Shown: positions 43,946-57,583, numbered from the whole stretch's first letter. The stretch is 63,485 nucleotides of DNA, filler included, from Reclinomonas americana ATCC 50394 (GCA_048213135.1; 14 parts of 14 records of this genome joined end to end with filler, not necessarily neighbours in it), one strand, 5' to 3'. The notes: generated from the letters alone by a model not told the origin. Program-made: numbers and translations.

Positions 43946-46900
43946 TTAGCGAGCGGGGCCTGAGCCGCCAGCGCGGAACAGACGCTGCACGTTCACAATG
44001 GCATCCTCGTAGAACTTCTTGTTTGCCGTCTTCACCGCCTCGCCGTCCTCCGCCGTTGGTGCCACCCAGGTGACATCGACCACCACCATGGTCTTGCCAC
44101 CGGCGTGCTCGAACAGCAGCACGTTGCCCTTGAATGTGCCGGGCTTGACGCGTGGGTCCGGGTCCTGCGGGGTTGTGTGAGCAGAATGAAAGAAGGGGAG
44201 AATTGACACACAAAGTGCCAGCGCACGCAACATTGGTAATCGTCCAGCCGTACGCAAACTTCCACGGCAGCTCGGCAGTGCGAGCCAGCGGTCGGTCCTG
44301 GCGCTCGTAGATGATCGACGGCTGCAATGGTGTGCGCGGTGAGAATTCTGAGGGGAAAGAGAGAAGAGGGAGAGAGGGAGGGACGAACCGAAGCCGGGTT
44401 GCCGAGCACAATCTTGCGCTCGCCAGTGTGCAGCTTGTCGCAGCTGATCAGGTGCGGCAGGAAGCTGACGCTGTAGAAGTCGCCGCAGCGGTCCCACACG
44501 GCCTGAGGGGCGGCGTCTGCGAAAAGGGGAAGGGAGGTGAGGAATAGGAAAGGAATAGGAGAAGAGATGGAAAACGGATAGGAAGGGAACATTAGGGAAC
44601 GGGATATGAGGGGGAGAGATATGAGGGGAAGGGATAGGAAGGGGATAGGAGGGGAAGGGATTGGAAGGGGATAGGAGGGGAGGGGAAGGGATTGGAAGGG
44701 GATATGAAGGGAAGGGATATGAAGGGAATATTAGGGAAAGGGATAAGAGGGGGAGGGATATTAGAGGAAGGGATATGAGGGAAGGGAAGCGAGGAGAAGG
44801 AAAACAGGAGACGGGACGGGAAGAGGAAGGAAAAGAGGAGAAGAGAAAAGAGAAGGAAAACAGGACACGGGACGGGTAGAGGAAGGAAAAGAGGAGAAGG
44901 GACGGGGGGAAGAAGTACAAAAGGAAAGGAGCGAGGTGAAGAAGGCCTAAGAAAGGGAGGGCGAAGCGAAGGATTTGAGAGGTAGGAGGAGGAGACGCAA
45001 TGGAAGGAGAAGGGAACGGAGCAGGGATAGACGGGGCAGAAGGTTGAGAAATAGGAGAAGTGAGGGGAAGAAAAGTGGAGAAGTGGAGAGAAGGGTAAGA
45101 TTGAGACATGAAACACAGATCTGGCAATGCGGATGAGAAAATGGAACAGGGTTACACAATGAGAGGTGACGCAGGAGAAGAGCGTGAATGATGCGAGGGT
45201 AGGAAGAACAGCAGTAATCGTGTAAATGTAAACAATAAAGAAGAAATNNNNNNNNNNNNNNNNNNNNNNNNNNNNNNNNNNNNNNNNNNNNTTAATTAAT
45301 TAANNNNNNNNNNNNNNNNNNNNNNNNNNNNNNNNNNNNNNNNNNNNGGCAGTGCGACACGAAGAGCGACTTCTGGTAACACACAGTATCTGAAAACAAC
45401 GCACCGACCACACCCTCCACGCGGAGGTGGCTGACGACCTCGCGATGCGCCTGCTGGTACTTGTAGTCCGAGTACGCGCGGAGCAGCACAAGCATCTTGG
45501 CGGCGATTTGGAGCTGCCGCAAGAATATTTCAAGGTAAGCATCCTGCAGAGTTCTCAACTGACAAAGACACGCGCGCGTACCTCGCCCTTGTCGATGGTG
45601 CCGTCACCGCTGGTGTCGAACGCGCCGAGCACGGCGTTCACATCGTCGGAGGAGAAGGTGGTGTCGTGGTACGGCAGGAAGTCCACGAACTGCGAGCACG
45701 GATGGTGAGGAGGGTGAATCGACTTTTGAAGAAGGCACTCATGAAACACAAACCATCTCGAGCAGCGTCTGGACGACGGAGTTGTACTCCTTGGCCTCCA
45801 GGCCTGTGGGGAGTGAAAAGGGAGAAGGGTGAGCAGAAGGAGAAGGAGGGAGGAAAAGGAGAAGGTGGGAGGAAAAGGAGAAGGGGCGAGGAAAAGGAGA
45901 AGGGGCGAGGAAAAGGGAGTAGGGATGAGGAACAAGGAAAAGGAAACACGAAATGAAGAAGCAAAATCGCCGGAGCGTGCACGAGAACAGAGGAAAAGCG
46001 CGGAGGAAAACGGACAGGTGAGGAGTGAGAGAAAACGAGAAATGGGAAAAAAGAAAGAACGCCCACACATCGGCAAGTGAGTGAGAGAAAGGCAGAAAGA
46101 GGAGCGGTGAAGAACGCGCATGCACACTTGGCGAGCGAGCGAGACAGAAATGAGGGCTGGCAAGTGAGGGAGAGACGTGGGTAACATGTGAAACAAGAAA
46201 TGCAGAAGGGTGATTCAAGCAAGGAGCGGCGAAGAACGTGCACACATATCTGACGAGCGAGCGAGAATGAATGAACAGAGGGACTGGCAAGAGAGGCGAG
46301 TGAAAAATGGATCATAAGCGAGAGAAATGCAAAAGGGGTGACTCAACCAAGGAGCGGCGAGCGCGCGAGAAAGAAACGAACAGAGGGAAGGCTGACTCAA
46401 GCAGAGGAGCGGCAACACTCACACGAGCGACCATGCAACAAAGTACAAGTGCGTATGCACGAGCAGACAGAGGTACCAATCATGACAGACACGAGAATGC
46501 ACAAGAGCGGACTTGTTTCTCCGAGAGAAACCAAAAACGCAACGACCACTGCGATCGGTATCGGCCGCCTCGAACGCCTCGACGCACGCATCGCGGAACT
46601 GCTGCGAGTTGACCAGAGTGTTCAACGAGGCCGACACTGCATGAAAAGAAACACAAAATGATAAGAGAGTGAGTGACAAGTGAGAGATCACAAAGACAAA
46701 CAAAGGGTGCTGTGTGTGTGTGAGAGAGAGAGAGAGCGTGTGTGTGTGTGTGTGCGTGCGTGTGTTTGCATTTGTTAGTGTCAATACAATTGCATCTTCT
46801 CTTCCTTGCACGTTCACACAGTGAGAGTTAAGCACACTAGAGACACACGCACAAGACAAGAGTGTTCTCTTGTGTCATGCAAAGTGACCACACACACAAA

Positions 46901-47458
46901 GGAGTCGCGCGACATGTCACTTCAAACACGCACACATAAGAGTGTCGTCTTGTCTCTCTTTCGCGCACACACGAGCGTCTGTGCGCACACACGCATGCAC
47001 ACACACGCGTGTGTTGACAGTGACAAAGAGAGAAAGTGTGCAAGTAGTGTGTCTCTCACACACGGGGAAATGTCCCGCAAAACAAACAAACTTTGCACTC
47101 TTTTTCTCACAGCACGTGCACTCGTGCGACACTCTGTGCGTGAGAGACACACATGTGCGCGGCAACAAAGAGAGACACGCAGTGAGTGGCAAACACACAC
47201 AAAAGAAACAAAGTGTTGCTCAAGTTGGCCATTTTTCTTCCGCGCACGCACACACACACGCTTTTTCCTCTCTTGTGAGCCTCTGCGTGCAGTCGCGCTC
47301 TCTGTCTCTGTCTATGTAAGTGCCTGTGATGCGCAACATTCGCGAGGCAGGCTGAGACGCGCGCAGAGCTCCAAGAATGAGTTCTCTGCCGGGGGCCTGC
47401 TGGCCGAGCCGGAGGCAGCAGACGCCGGAGCGCCGGACGAGGAAGCAGCAGAAGCCAT
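43946..47458 (-). CDS. Two-EF-hand protein fused to an SRPBCC/START-fold (polyketide cyclase 2-like) domain
   Basis: ATG 47458. EF loops DTDRSGRLEAKE and DTSGDGTIDKGE; then VVSHLRVE|DAAPQAVWDRCGDF...ERKIVL...IIYER...YGWTI...FKGNVLL...GGKTMVVVDVTW...FYEDAIVNVQRLF; TAA at 43948-43946. The junction across the gap is phase-compatible (G|AC). Confidence 0.75.
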
Positions 47459-48287
47459 GGTGTGGAGTAAAGGTGTGCGCGACAGAGGGTGTGTGCGGGG
47501 TGGGTGAGAAAGTGTGTCCTGTGGGCCCGCTTGGCGACGTCGATATCAGTGGTGCGACGTTCGGTGGGGAATGCGGGTGGGAATAATGAGAGAGGAGTGC
47601 GTTGTGATGAGCTTGGTGGAGTGCTGCGCTCGATGTGCAGAATAAGGTTTTTGGCGAACCGAGATCTCCTCGTGTCCTGCCGAACTCGACAGCCCGTATA
47701 ACCATGAAAAACAATTCAAAAAGCGCAGCGAAGCTGCATGATAATCACTCAGATATCACAGACATAGTGAGCTCAAGTTCGGGAAAGTGTAAACACACAA
47801 AGCATTTCATTCACCGATTCCAATAATGCGATAAACGCCCACATATCCCTTGCCGACAATGACCTTGGCACACCAACAGTTTCAGGAGGCAAAAGCCTAG
47901 CAAACGCGTGTTGTCCTCGAGAGGATTTCGTGGCGCAAAGTAGTGTCAGCGGCCTACGTGGACGCTGAACTCGTTGAGGCTGGGTGCTGCAGTAGCGACA
48001 CGAGGGTTCTTGTTGCCCTGAGGCTGCGGCGCAGCTGCTGCGGGTGGGAGATTGTTTGCTTGGTTCTGGCTTGCCACACAGCGGAAGGCGAACATCGCTA
48101 GCCCGCCACGCAGTTCTCGAACTGCTCCGCAGCTCCTTCTCCACATCTCAGCCCTCAATCGTCACTTGCGAGGCACTTTGGCGGCTGTTTATTTGTCGGG
48201 TGCAGAGCTCATTCAAATGTGAAACAAATTCCTATTGGCCTGGAGTTCACGCACACACACACCACCACCACGTAACCACGCACGCAC

Positions 48288-49431
48288 TCACTCATCGCTC
48301 GGCGTCACAGCGCTGTCGGACTCGAGGAAGAAGAATGGTCTGATGTCGATGGGCCCGTCCATGGACAGCCGACCTGACGACTCCTCCTGTTTGTCGCTCT
48401 CACCAATCAGCGGGGCGGGCACACGCACACACATACGGAGAATTCACGCAGTGAGACAAGAGAGAAGGCACACCCGAAACCCCAGTCCGTCGCCAGTTGC
48501 CGACTGCGGTGTGTCCTCCGCGGCCACACGAAGAAACGATGGCGTTTGTGGCTCCTCGTTGCTGGAGCACATTAACATGTGAGCGTGGCGGAGAGGAAGA
48601 ATCACAATTGTGAAAAACACACCTCAGTCGACGCCTCTTGAGGGCCGGCTCGTCATCCTCCTCCTCCTCAAGCTCCTCTTCTTCCTCATCGCTGCCGTAC
48701 TCTGCGCCAGCAACCCAGAATGAACATGCGAAATGCAACACGCACCGATAATGTCTACGGTCACACCCTCTTCCTCTTCGCCCTCTTCATCTTCCAGGTC
48801 CTCCTCTTCCTCCTCCTCCACATCATCCACTTCGTCTGCAAAGTGCGGTCTCAGCGAATCGCTCACGTCCGCCGCTTCCGCCGCCGCCTTTTTGCTCACA
48901 AACGCGTGCAGCATGGGGCACGAGGCACCATTTTCACAAAAACCTGCGCGGCACAACCAATATCGGCGACGACAGCAATGGAGTGAGACGATGGGGTGCT
49001 TGTGTACCCTTCTTGAATGCGGGACAGATCGGGGCATCGGCGCTGAGCTGCTGGTGCGGAAACTTGCAGTCGGTGGCCGTACAGGAGCCGCGGAGAAAGT
49101 GCAAGCAGGCGGGCATGCGGCGGGGGTCCTGCCACAAGAGGAAGGGGTGAATGAGGGATGAGGGAAGAAAAGGAGGAACATGGAAGGGCAGAAGAGAGCA
49201 GGAACATGGTGAGAAAGAGAGGAGACAAGCAATTGCAAACGGAGGAGCAAGGAAGAGCATACATGCACAGAAGGGTAGAGGAAAGGCTACGGGTGAGTGA
49301 GAGAGAGAGAGAGGAGTGGAGAGCCGTGGGATGCTGACAAAGCAGTTGAGAGGGAAAGAAAAAGGTCACTCCAACTGGGAATACAGAAGGGCAGCGAGAA
49401 CGGAGAAAAGAAACAATGCAACATGGAGAAA

Positions 49432-49491
<60 letters not shown>

Positions 49492-50198
49492 GCGTGTGTG
49501 TGTGTNNNNNNNNNNNNNNNNNNNNNNNNNNNNNNNNNNNNNNNNNNNNTTAATTAATTAANNNNNNNNNNNNNNNNNNNNNNNNNNNNNNNNNNNNNNN
49601 NNNNNGAGTGAGTGAGTGAGTGAGTGAGTGAGAGTGAGTGAGTGAGTGAGTGAGTGAGTGAGTGTGAGTGTGAGTGAGTGTGTGAGTGAGTGTGAGTGAG
49701 TGAGTGAGTGAGTGAAGGGAGTGAGTGAGTGAGTGAGTGAGTGAGTGAAGGGAGTGAGTGAGTGAGTGAGTGAGTGAGTGCAAGAAAGAGATGGTGAGTG
49801 AAAGAGTGTGTGATCAGTGAAAGTTATGTCTCTTCTCCTTCTCTCGCCCTCTCCCTCTCCCTCCCTCCCTCTCTCCCTCTCCACGCACGATTCTTCGCGC
49901 GCTTTTGCCGCACTGCTCTCACAGCTGATGACGATCGCGTCCACTGCATGTTGGCTGGTGTGACAATGACTTGCCCGCCTCCTCGTCCTCTGCTGCTACT
50001 GCTGCCTCCTCGTCCTCGTGCACGACCTCTGCCTCTGCCTCTGCCTCTGGGCAGTGAGCGAGCAGGCGGGGGAGGATGGTGAAATCGATGATGATGATGA
50101 TGATGAGGTTGTTGTTGTTGGCGCTTCGCAGCGGCAATGGCGGCCTCCAGTTGGTGGATCTGGCGAGCGAGCTCACGCACGTCGGGAGGTGCGCTCAT
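48288..50198 (-). CDS. ZC3H3: ZC3H3-like tandem CCCH zinc-finger protein; middle exons likely lost in gap
   Basis: N-terminal ELARQIHQLEAAI and RG-rich tract (ATG 50198); MPACLHFLRGSCTATDCKFPH...APICPAFKK(G)FCENGASCPMLH; acidic tail; TGA 48290-48288. Confidence 0.7.
49606..49780. repeat. (GTGA)n microsatellite, intronic
   Basis: Direct reading. Confidence 0.9.
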
Positions 50199-51374
50199 TG
50201 TGGAGGGCTTGATTTGGGTGGCTGGTGACTGGTTGATTGGTTGGTTTGTGGACGAGTCGCAAGCCGCCTTCGCTGGCACAACTTTGCTGATCCAAACAGC
50301 AATGATGATCACCATCTTGAGTGCGCACCAGAAACTCAGACATCACGAAAAAAAAAAAAGAGAAGAAGTCGAGACGGCTAATGCTGGCGTTTCTGCAACA
50401 GAATTCGAAACCACGGCTCATGGCTATCAGGTTTTTGACGCCGAATTCCAAACAGGAATGCAAAAAGATAGGAAGAGGTGTTGGTGTCCGAACACATAGG
50501 AAAAACCAACAAACAACAAATTTATTCACCAACAAACAAGCAACAGCTGTCTTGATGACCAAGTTCAACCGTATCCAGACACCAATCTTGAGGCAGCAGC
50601 AGGTTCCTTGTGTGTGTGTGATCGCTCTAGATCTCGGAGCTTCGAACAAGTCGAGAACTGCGATCTTCACCGCATGCGACGTGGTTGACCAGTAGATTTG
50701 ACGCACTTGCATAGATGCATAGCGTTTTCTGCGATCGTACACGGCACATCGAATCGGGAAAAGGCCATGAGCCAGGCAAACAAAGCAAAGCCGGTCCGGA
50801 TCCGTGAAGCGCTAGCAGGCAAAGCAAAAGCAGTGGAGGTGTGACGTGGTTGAAACAGAAGAGAGCTTGTCATGTTGTTGGTAAGGCTCATATCGGTGGT
50901 GGCTTGAGCAGGTGGTGGAGGGGAAGAACGTGCGAGACAGCAGCTGCGCAGTGAAGGCGTCGTACGTTGATGGTGTGGTTGAAAACAGAAGAGAGCGTGT
51001 CATGTTGTTGGTGAGGCTCATATCGGTGATAGCTATAGCGTGAGCAGGTGGCAGGAGGAGTTGTTGTTGTCGTCACTGGTGCATTTCAACACTGTGACAG
51101 CCACTGACCGGTGGCCGCACAGTGAGAAACAGGAGGACTGAGGGTTGAAGACGACGTTGATCACAGACACAGTGTTGCCGTTGTTGTTGTCAGGTACAGT
51201 GACAAACGAGTCTCCAACCAGCATTTGCAGCATTTTATGCACATCTGCTTCCTTATTATTCTTACCCCCCCCCCNNNNNNNNNNNNNNNNNNNNNNNNNN
51301 NNNNNNNNNNNNNNNNNNTTAATTAATTAANNNNNNNNNNNNNNNNNNNNNNNNNNNNNNNNNNNNNNNNNNNN

Positions 51375-52604
51375 CCTCCCCACCTTCACACTCGAAACCA
51401 CATTAAACGACCACGCCGCAAGACTGACATTCACGCACTTGACACGCTCGTCGGTGGCCACCCACGCACTCATCACATCTGCGCCGCAAGCGTTATTGAG
51501 TCCATCCATCATTCCACCACAAGACCCTTGTCATCACAACGCAACTGCAATTCGGTGCGAGCAACGGGCTGATGGTCGCCTGCCCCGTTGCCACTTGCGT
51601 ATCCGTAACTTGCGCTGTGTGCATGTAAAAAGTGTCATTCCTCAACCCCAATACCTTTCGTCGCATTCGCGCAAGCGACTCCGCCGTAACTCCACTCACA
51701 GCCCCGCGAGGCATTACACACGGTGCTCGACTGGCGGACATTGCACCACGGCTCCAAATTGGTCAGACCGGCTTGTGCGTGGCATGTACCGAGAAAATCT
51801 GGCGAAGCGAAGATGAGAGCCACGAGGGATCAAGATGGCGGCTTTACACTCACCCGTCGCCGCCGCCATGTATCCAAACTGCGCGGCCGATAGTCGTGAA
51901 TCCCCGCTCACCGTCACCCTGCGCAACTCGTCCTTCAATGCGTGCGTGTGCGGATAAAAAGGATGGACACACGCGCAGTCACGCAACATGTGTGCAAACG
52001 ATTGCGACGTCTGACTGATAAGTTGCGGGTGTATCGAAAAGGCCGTCAGTCGATCGAGACTCAAGCCTCTGGTTGCCGGCACTGCTTGTGAGAAAATGCA
52101 CTTGGCTACAAAAACGAGCACCACACTCCACCACGCACCGCAGTGGCACGACAACTTCCGGCGATCTCGACAACGACTGCTGGAACGTGACGGTACGATC
52201 CTCAGTGCGCGTGCCGACCTGCGTCATCCAGGCCGACACACCCTCGTACACTGGACTCGACGCAGCCAGAATCGGGACATTGGCTGCACCACGTAAGGGT
52301 TAGTCACATCATTTCTTACTCACCCTTCTCCTTCTCGGCAACGCAACAATACGGCGAGTACATAGCGACATAATTCAAGCGCAGGTTCTGCACGTGTGCG
52401 TCTTGGCTCGCATCTGAACCGTCCAGAGCAGAACACAATACACCAAACGACGAGTCAGAAACGGTGACCGTGGTGTCCACAGCGCACAAGAAGCGGGGAT
52501 TCGTGTCGGTGAAGGCCTCGATCCAGTACACGCCCACCTGCCAAAGCGCGCATCATCAGTATTAAAGAAGCAAGGATGCCAACCAGAGACAGCAAATATA
52601 GACA

Positions 52605-52688
<84 letters not shown>

Positions 52689-55600
52689 GCACACATACAC
52701 ACCATCACAACTGGGGCTGCGGCAAACATCTTTGCGAATGTGACTGTCTGTCGGAAGGTGCGCGGACTAGTGCCGGCTGACGGTCGGCTTGTGCGCCACG
52801 ATGATGACTCGCCAGCCGCTGCCAGGCCGGTGGATCCAGCGATGGAGGCTGCGGTGTGCGCGACATGTTGAGAACTTCATCACGACAATGGCCCTCACAA
52901 ATTGACACGCAACGAATGCCGGCCGTCAGGCGAGCAGCGACTGGATTGGACGTAAAGACAAAGGCGCCACTCGAAGCGTACTGGACGCACACCAGAAGAC
53001 TGGCGGGTTCCGTGGCAGTGACCGACAGAACCAGTGTGGTTGAGCCACCCGACGTCACCGGGCTCACCGAATTGAGGGTGAGGCCCGACGCTCCGGCGGC
53101 CAATGTGTCTGCGGAGCAGCCGGCGGTGCTAAGGGTCACCACCGACACAATCATGTCCGAGAGTAGGCCGGAGCCACTGACAACGACAGTGGAGGCTTGC
53201 GAGAGGGGAATGTTGGCCGGCGTTACCGAAATCGCGAATGCTGTCAACAACAGTGAGCACGCGAAATCAAGTGAGGGGGACGGGGATCGTCGCAACATTC
53301 ACAGGCATCGCCGGAGAATCCCGTGTCGCAGACACTGAGCCCTGAATGAGCAACTTTTTTACGACAAGGAGGTGTGTGTGCATCGAGATACGCACCACAA
53401 GCCATACGACGAACAGCTGCCGTGGTTGTTGCACGTTGCCGCACGCGTGCAACTGTTCAAGCGACAACGCAGAGTTAGCTGTTGTACAAATGGTCTGGCA
53501 ACCAATGTGGACGCAACAGCACAGTGCACTGGCCGCCGATGGAGGGAGCAGGATAGTAGTCTTGCACGCAATCTGCGCACACGCGACGTTGTGAGGAGCA
53601 ATGGAAGTGCGCGTGAGGCCTCAATTCTGTGGCTCACCACTGCAAGTGGGACCAGTGACATTCGCCTGAGTGCACATGGACAGGCAGGTGCCCGTGGACG
53701 AATCGCATACCGCACACGGCGGCGTGCAGGCGTTGGAGACAGTGAGCGACACCGACTGGCTACTTGAGGCAGGCGGCGAGCCGCTATCAGTGGCAACAAA
53801 GGCCACCACCAGCGATGTCGAAGCAGTGTACGGCCACGTCAAGGCCTGCGCGAGGGTGAGGGCTCCTGTGGTCGCATTGACCGCGAACAAGCTGTTGTTG
53901 TTTGTAACGCCAGGCGTGGCCAACGAGAAGGTGATTGACTGCGCATCCACGGCAGAGACCGTCCCCACCAAGAACCCAATGCCCCGGCCAGTTGTTGGAA
54001 TCGTGATGGTCGAGGCGCTGAGCGACAAGTTGGTCGGCGCAATGTTGGCTGTGCAGTGTCAAGGAGAATGAGTAATGCTACGCAGCAAGTAGCAAAAGAC
54101 GGACAAGTGTGCGAAACTGCAAGATGGCAGGGCGTATCCCGTTGTGCACGCGCACACTCCAGTTGATACCGTACACGTGCCATGGCCACTGCAGTTGCTC
54201 GGACACGAGTTCGTCACCGTGATCGTCAGCGACTGTGTCGCAGAGTACGTGCCGTCCGATACCACCACCTCCAGCGTGCGACTCGTCACTGCTTGTGGCC
54301 AAGTGAATGCCGACGCCAGTGTTACAGCACCGGTGCTCGGTGTGGCAATTGTGAACAGTGAATTGTTGTTGCTGCCACTCGCCACCGCCAGCGTGAATGT
54401 GAAACCACTGCCGGCAGTCACTGAAACCGTGCCCACCGATGCACCCGACGACAGGCCAGTTGTCGGCACGTTCAGCGTCGACGGTGTGATTTGTGCGGGA
54501 GGAATCGCTGGCAGAACCAAAGAAAGCGAGGTAAGTCACTCCACCTCCACACCGCCTTCATCTCCATCTCCCACTCACCGCACGCAGACGACAAATATCC
54601 TCCAGTGCACGTACACACTCCCGTCGCCGAAGCACACGTGCCGTGACTACTACAGTTCGCCGGACACGAGTTCGTCACTGTTATCGTCAGCGACTGTGTC
54701 GCCGAGTACGTGCCATCCGACACCACCACCTCCAATGTGCGACTCGTCACGGCTTGTGGCCACGTGAATGCTGACGCCAGTGTTACTGCGCCGGTGCTCG
54801 GTGTGGCGATGGTGAACAGTGCATTGTTGTTGCTGCCACTTGCCGCCGCCAGTGTGAATGTGAATCCAGTACCTGATGTGGTAGACACTGTGCCGACCGA
54901 TGCTCCCGACGACAAGCCGGCAGTCGGCACATTCAGTGTCGACGGTGTGATTTGCGCAGGAGGAATGGCTGCCACAATAGAAGCAATTAGTCATCGATCT
55001 CCACACCGCCTCCTACTCAATCTCCCACTCACCGCATGCAGACGACAAATATCCTCCAGTGCATGTGCACACTCCCGTCGCTGCCGCACACGTGCCGTGG
55101 CTGCTGCAGTTTCCCGGACATGAGTTCGACACCGACAGCGTGAACACCCTGGATGCCGATCCGGCGCCATTCGACACCACCACCTCCAGTCGCAGAGACG
55201 TGAGTGCAGTCGGCCACGAAATGGCTGCCGCCAGCGACACCGCGCCCGACGATGCACTCGCAAACTTGAACTGTGCATTGTCGTTGCTGCCACTGGCCGC
55301 AGCAAGGCTGAACGACAGCGGTGTATCACCATCGGCAGTCACTGTGCCGACGCTGGCATTGATGGCCAGTCCACTTGGTGGCGGAACCAGGATCGAGGTG
55401 ACCGAGAACTGGATATTCGATGGCGGCGTGCCCGACGCCGAGGCATTGGTCACCGTAATGGTCAGCGATTGCGTCGCCGAGTACGTGCCGTCCGATACCA
55501 CCACCTCCAGTGTGCGACTCGTCACTGCTTGTGGCCAAGTGAATGCCGACGCCAGTGTTACTGCGCCAGTGCTCGGCGTCGCTATGGTGAAGACTGCATT

Positions 55601-55743
55601 GTCATTGCTGCCACTCGCCGCTGCCAGCGTGAATGTGAATCCAGTGCCTGCTGTGGCAGACACGGTGCCGACCGATGCACCCGACGATAGGCCGGTTGTT
55701 GGCACATTCAGCGTCGACGGTGTGATTTGCACAGGAGGAATGG
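51375..55743 (-). CDS. Large extracellular multidomain protein (partial): cadherin-like repeats + EGF + IPT/TIG-like + two H-type-lectin-like domains
   Basis: Five cadherin-like domains (GASVGTVS..FTFTL..GSNDNA.FTI..TGAVTL..LEVVVSDG..LTITV; the last has ATDSGSPP). EGF repeats CPxNCSxHGTC...GVCTCxxGY. H-lectin pattern RQTVTFAKMFAAAPVVMVGVYWIEAFTDTNPRF...SSFGV...LNYVAM, and a second DRTVTFQQSLSRSPEVV...FGYMAA. Both ends are unresolved. Confidence 0.75.
52606..52687. repeat. (CA)n microsatellite, intronic
   Basis: Direct reading. Confidence 0.95.
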
Positions 55744-55892
55744 CTGGCACAAAAGAAGACAATTAGTGACTCCATCTCCACATCGCCTTCTANNNNNNNN
55801 NNNNNNNNNNNNNNNNNNNNNNNNNNNNNNNNNNNNTTAATTAATTAANNNNNNNNNNNNNNNNNNNNNNNNNNNNNNNNNNNNNNNNNNNN

Positions 55893-57426
55893 ACTGCCGC
55901 GGAAGCTGCCGCCCAACACCACACCACCGACGACACCGGGGCTACTGTGGTAGTGGTGCAAGTAGTGCTGCTGCTGTGGCGCCGACGACGAGAGCGAGGG
56001 GAGTGGCGGCAGCGGCGGCAATAACATTGGCTCCACCACCGACAAGTGCATGTGCTCCTCCTCCTCCTCGTCCTCACTGTGCAGTGGCGTCTGGTCGGGA
56101 GTAGCATCGGGGCTGCTCTCAATCACAAACTCCAGTGGGCCCGCCGGATGGATCCGCGACATTTGCACCGTCGCCGGCAACATCTGGCCACCACCATCGA
56201 TGCTATTGCGTGGCAGTGTCGACGAACCCGTGACTGCACGCGTGTGGGGTAAGACACACGAACGCACACACACACAGGCAAGGAGACGAAAACGCACCAG
56301 CAGCAGGCACACAAATGGCACCACGCGCCTGCGGGTGATGCCGGCCGCCAAACGCCTGCTCATGCTGCTGCGGATGATGATGTTGGTACTGATGCAAGTG
56401 AATGTGCTGCAGCGGCTGCTGCTGGTGCTGGAGGTGGTGGTGGTGCGGCACCACCGGCGGCGGCGGCACCTCAAACATGGCCGGCTGCGGCACCGCCACG
56501 GCCGACGACGGCGGCATCACACCCGCACGATCCATATCCAACATCATGTCCATGTACGAGCTGCTGGCCGGCACCGACACCGTCCACCGCGCCGCCGCGC
56601 TCACATCCTGCTGATGCGGCTGCACCTGCGGATGCGGCTGGAACATGATGGTCGGATGCATCGCATAGTACTGCTGCTGCTGCGGCGTGTGTGAGACATA
56701 CACCGGCTCCGCGTGTTGCTGCTGCTGCTGCTGCTGTGGTGGCGGAGGAACATAGTACATCGGCACTTGCATGGGGAGAGGCGGTGCCGGTGGTGGTGGA
56801 GGCATAAAGTCATCGGGGGAGCCGAATGGAAACTCACGGCCCTCACTCTCCAACGACGGAGTCGGTGTGGTGGGCTCTCGCTGCTGTTGCTGTTGTTGCT
56901 GTTGCTGCTGTTGTTGTTGCTGTGCCATCATGTGCGACAAGTGACATGATGGCATGTCGAGCGTCTCGAAGCCCGGCTCGCCAGTGTACGACTGCAACGA
57001 GTGCCATAGTTTCGATCTGTGAAAACAAAAGAGCACGAGGAGGAGGAATGAGAGAGAAGGCAATCAATCATCGTCCGCTCTTATGTCAAACGACAGCGAA
57101 TCACGTTCGGCGCTCTTAAACTCTCTCTGTCTCTCTCCATCTCCTCTCTGTGCGTGGAGGAGAGTGTGTGTGTGGAGAGAGAGGAGAAGCGCGTGTGTAA
57201 AGCGGTGCCATGACGTGCGCGCGGGGTAATCGCGCACCGCGTCGCCGCGACGCACTCTTTTGTTCCGCCCCACACACGCGCGCGCAGTGGCAGTGTGTGC
57301 GTGTGTATGACAGTGATAGTGACGCACACTCATATAAAGGAGTGCGAGATGCGTGTGTGTGCGAGAGGAAATGGCAAACCACAAACACGCAACGTATCAA
57401 AGAAGGAGTCGGAGGAGGCATATTGT

Positions 57427-57457
<31 letters not shown>

Positions 57458-57473
57458 CTTGAGCGGCAAACAT
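55893..57473 (-). CDS. Gln/Pro/His-rich hypothetical protein (5' part; remainder in gap)
   Basis: ATG 57473 MFAAQEQQQQ...SFFDT splices in phase to SKLWHSLQSY...polyQ/polyP/polyH; next exon VTGSSTLP...LEFVIESS. No folded domain is visible. Confidence 0.65.
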
Positions 57474-57560
57474 GCCGTCGCTATCGCCACGCTCGCTCGT
57501 TTTTTCCGCCTTTCTTCTCGCCCCGGCTCGTCTTCTCTCTCTTCACTCGTGTGAATGCGT

Positions 57561-57576
57561 GATTGGCCTATTGGCC
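57561..57576 (-). promoter_or_regulatory. Possible tandem CCAAT boxes
   Basis: Minus strand reads GGCCAATAGGCCAATC, ~90-100 bp upstream of ATG 57473. Confidence 0.35.
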
Positions 57577-57583
57577 CTTTCAC

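Noticed and set aside
47600..48240. Short ORFs between the EF-hand gene and the ZC3H3-like gene
   Set aside because: No motifs, no codon bias and no coherent splice model; treated as intergenic/UTR.
50847..51030. ~55-bp direct repeat (ggttgaaacagaagagagc.tgtcatgttgttggt.aggctcatatcggtg) as element ends or a coding repeat
   Set aside because: There are only two copies ~130 bp apart, with no consistent frame, TIR or TSD. It may be degraded sequence from the end of the lectin gene, but that cannot be supported.
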